Shown here: piece after piece, positions 27,164 to 29,412 of the stretch
Numbering within the stretch: position 1 is the first letter of the stretch
How the letters are laid out: each line of letters starts with the position of its first letter
NCBI GenBank assembly: GCA_964244895.1
Contig: CAXTKV010000045.1
Span: forward strand, 1 to 29,412
DNA: 29,412 bases
Reading direction: 5' to 3'
Source: an uncultured Deinococcales bacterium
Lineage (GTDB): Bacteria > Deinococcota > Deinococci > Deinococcales > JAAFIG01
The notes under the pieces: model-generated
Databases searched by the model: none
What the model saw: the letters and a program-made list of their open reading frames with translations, nothing else
Told to the model about the DNA's origin: nothing
Made by a program: the position numbers and the translations under genes

Positions 27164-27706
27164 ATGAATCCGAGTGTCGTTTCCGTCCACGCCAGCCCGT
27201 CCCACACCATGTCAAAGCCTGCCCGACCGAGCATCAGATTGCTGACGGCTCTGGGTGTCGAGGGCGACGCGCACCAGGGCGTGACCGTCAAGCACCGCTC
27301 GCGCGTGGCGGTCGATCCGACCCAGCCCAACCTGCGCCAGGTGCACCTGATTCACGCCGAACTGCACGACGAATTGCTCGAGAAAGGCTTCGCGGTGCGC
27401 GCGGGCCAGATGGGCGAGAACATCACCACGCGCGGGCTCGAGCTTCTGGCTTTGCCCGTCGGTACGAAATTGTTGATCGGCTCGAGCGCCGTGGTCGAAG
27501 TCACGGGTTTGCGAAACCCCTGCGCTCAACTCGACGGCCTGCAGCCCGGATTGATGAACGCCGTGCTCGACCGCGATGAGACCGGAAACCTGATCCGCAA
27601 GGCGGGCATCATGGGAATTGTCCTGACGGGCGGCGAGGTTCGCCCGACCGATGCCATCCGCGTGGAATTCCCGCCCGAACCCCACCGCAAACTCGAGCGC
27701 GTCTAA
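27164..27706 (+). CDS. MOSC-domain protein
   Basis: 'GVEGDAH', 'RQVHLIHAE', 'GENITTRG', 'TGLRNPCAQLD' and 'RKAGIMGIV'. GAGGTG RBS. Confidence 0.9.
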   Translation: MNPSVVSVHASPSHTMSKPARPSIRLLTALGVEGDAHQGVTVKHRSRVAVDPTQPNLRQVHLIHAELHDELLEKGFAVRAGQMGENITTRGLELLALPVGTKLLIGSSAVVEVTGLRNPCAQLDGLQPGLMNAVLDRDETGNLIRKAGIMGIVLTGGEVRPTDAIRVEFPPEPHRKLERV

Positions 27707-27953
27707 ACAGCCTTCGCTCGAAGAACTGACCCCTGAAATCTCTATTTTCGTGTCGAATGGGGGAGTTGCATGTTGTGACTGTATCGCTGTGCCAGGTGCT
27801 TTCGCCAGCGAGAGACAATAGTGACACAGTAGTTCGGTTGCTCCGCGATCCGCGCGGCCCGAAGGACTCGGCGACGGCCATTTCCGAGACCGGCAATTGA
27901 ATTTCCAATGTCAGGCTCGAGCGAAACCATCGGCTCGCGCAGGAGGTTCTTTC

Positions 27954-28355
27954 ATGCCGAACATCGTCGAAGTCGCCGTCGCTGCAGGGAATTTCAAGAC
28001 GCTCGTCGCCGCCGTGACCGCCGCCGGACTGGGCGAGACGCTCACAGGAGAGGGGCCGTTCACGGTCTTCGCACCGACCGATGAGGCCTTCGCCAAGCTC
28101 CCCGCGGGCACCGTGGACGGACTTTTGAAGGATCTCCCGGCGCTCACCAAAATCCTGACGTACCACGTCGTGTCCGGCAAGGTCATGGCAGCCGATGCCG
28201 CCAAGCTCTCGAGCGCCGCGACCGTTCAGGGCGGCGAGCTGAAAATCGATGCCAGCCACGGCGTCAAGATCAACGACGCGACCGTGGTTCAGGCGGACAT
28301 CGCCGCCAGCAACGGTGTGATTCACGCCATCGACACCGTGCTGATGCCCGCGTAA
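27954..28355 (+). CDS. Fasciclin (FAS1) domain protein, no signal peptide
   Basis: '[11 protein letters not shown]', 'ILTYHVV' and '[13 protein letters not shown]'. AGGAGG RBS. Confidence 0.95.
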   Translation: MPNIVEVAVAAGNFKTLVAAVTAAGLGETLTGEGPFTVFAPTDEAFAKLPAGTVDGLLKDLPALTKILTYHVVSGKVMAADAAKLSSAATVQGGELKIDASHGVKINDATVVQADIAASNGVIHAIDTVLMPA

Positions 28356-28422
28356 AAGCCTCGCGGCGCGATCTCGAGATTCCATTTCGAGCATCTGGGG
28401 CGTCACGGCCCAGGGAGTTGAC

Positions 28423-28659
28423 ATGAGCACAAAAACGTATCGCCTGTTGTCGCAAATCTGCCTGCCGCTCGGGTTCGTCTCGATCATCGTTTCCATCTTC
28501 GTGTGGTTCACCCAGGGCGGCACGGGTGGCGATCCGGCCCACGGTGAGCGCTTCGGCATCTTCATCGGCTTGTGGGCACCGACCTTCTTCATCCTCTCGG
28601 ATCGGTTCGAGCGGTCGGCGTCCACGACCGCTGAACGCGTTCCCGTCGCTGGGGACTGA
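28423..28659 (+). CDS. Small two-TM membrane protein
   Basis: 'ERFGIFIGLWAPTFF'. GGAG RBS. Confidence 0.7.
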   Translation: MSTKTYRLLSQICLPLGFVSIIVSIFVWFTQGGTGGDPAHGERFGIFIGLWAPTFFILSDRFERSASTTAERVPVAGD

Positions 28660-28680
28660 TTCGGCTCGAGATCTCACAGA

Positions 28681-28730
28681 AGAACACCGTCCTGGACGCG
28701 TTTAACAATTTGCGTCCAGGACGGTGTTCT
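28681..28730. repeat. Palindromic repeat family A, best-preserved long copy, between convergent genes
   Basis: Perfect 19-bp arms AGAACACCGTCCTGGACGC / GCGTCCAGGACGGTGTTCT with a 12-nt AT-rich spacer. Confidence 0.92.
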
Positions 28731-28746
28731 CGCGGGTTCTCGAGTT

Positions 28747-29412
<666 letters not shown>

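Noticed and set aside
27707..27953. Riboswitch or ncRNA upstream of fasciclin (also considered for 12740-13150 and 17973-18295)
   Set aside because: I could not recognise any conserved riboswitch, tRNA or sRNA motif. An Rfam/Infernal scan would be needed to exclude one.

Overview
This is a high-GC bacterial chromosomal segment, probably Deinococcota (inferred from gene content and from leaderless TANNNT-N6/7-start promoters). The left part holds a partial FN3+SGNH secreted protein, a pdxS-pdxT-NUDIX operon, a K-channel-like membrane protein, ruvA preceded by a degenerate FMN TIM-barrel gene, a DUF4180-like gene, a NatAB-type ABC exporter, and an acyl-CoA dehydrogenase/phosphotransferase pair. 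A lexA-like repressor follows, with a clear sigma70 promoter and a perfect 23-bp palindrome over its predicted start site. The centre is a GntR-flanked form I aerobic CO dehydrogenase cluster (coxMSL with AYRCSFR, coxG, XdhC/CoxF-YHS, coxD, coxE). Interleaved in it are a nucleoside hydrolase, a 2OG-Fe(II) oxygenase and a lower-GC MerB-like CxxC protein. The right part has an ExbB-like plus Pro-rich periplasmic protein pair, MOSC, fasciclin, a small membrane protein and partial leuB. Two sequence-level patterns run through the whole window: about 130 hand-counted CTCGAG palindromes (HIP-like), and about 16 copies of a dispersed palindromic repeat (AACACCGTCC...GGACGGTGTT), one of them in-frame inside a gene. 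All family assignments come from motif recognition by eye, not from database searches.
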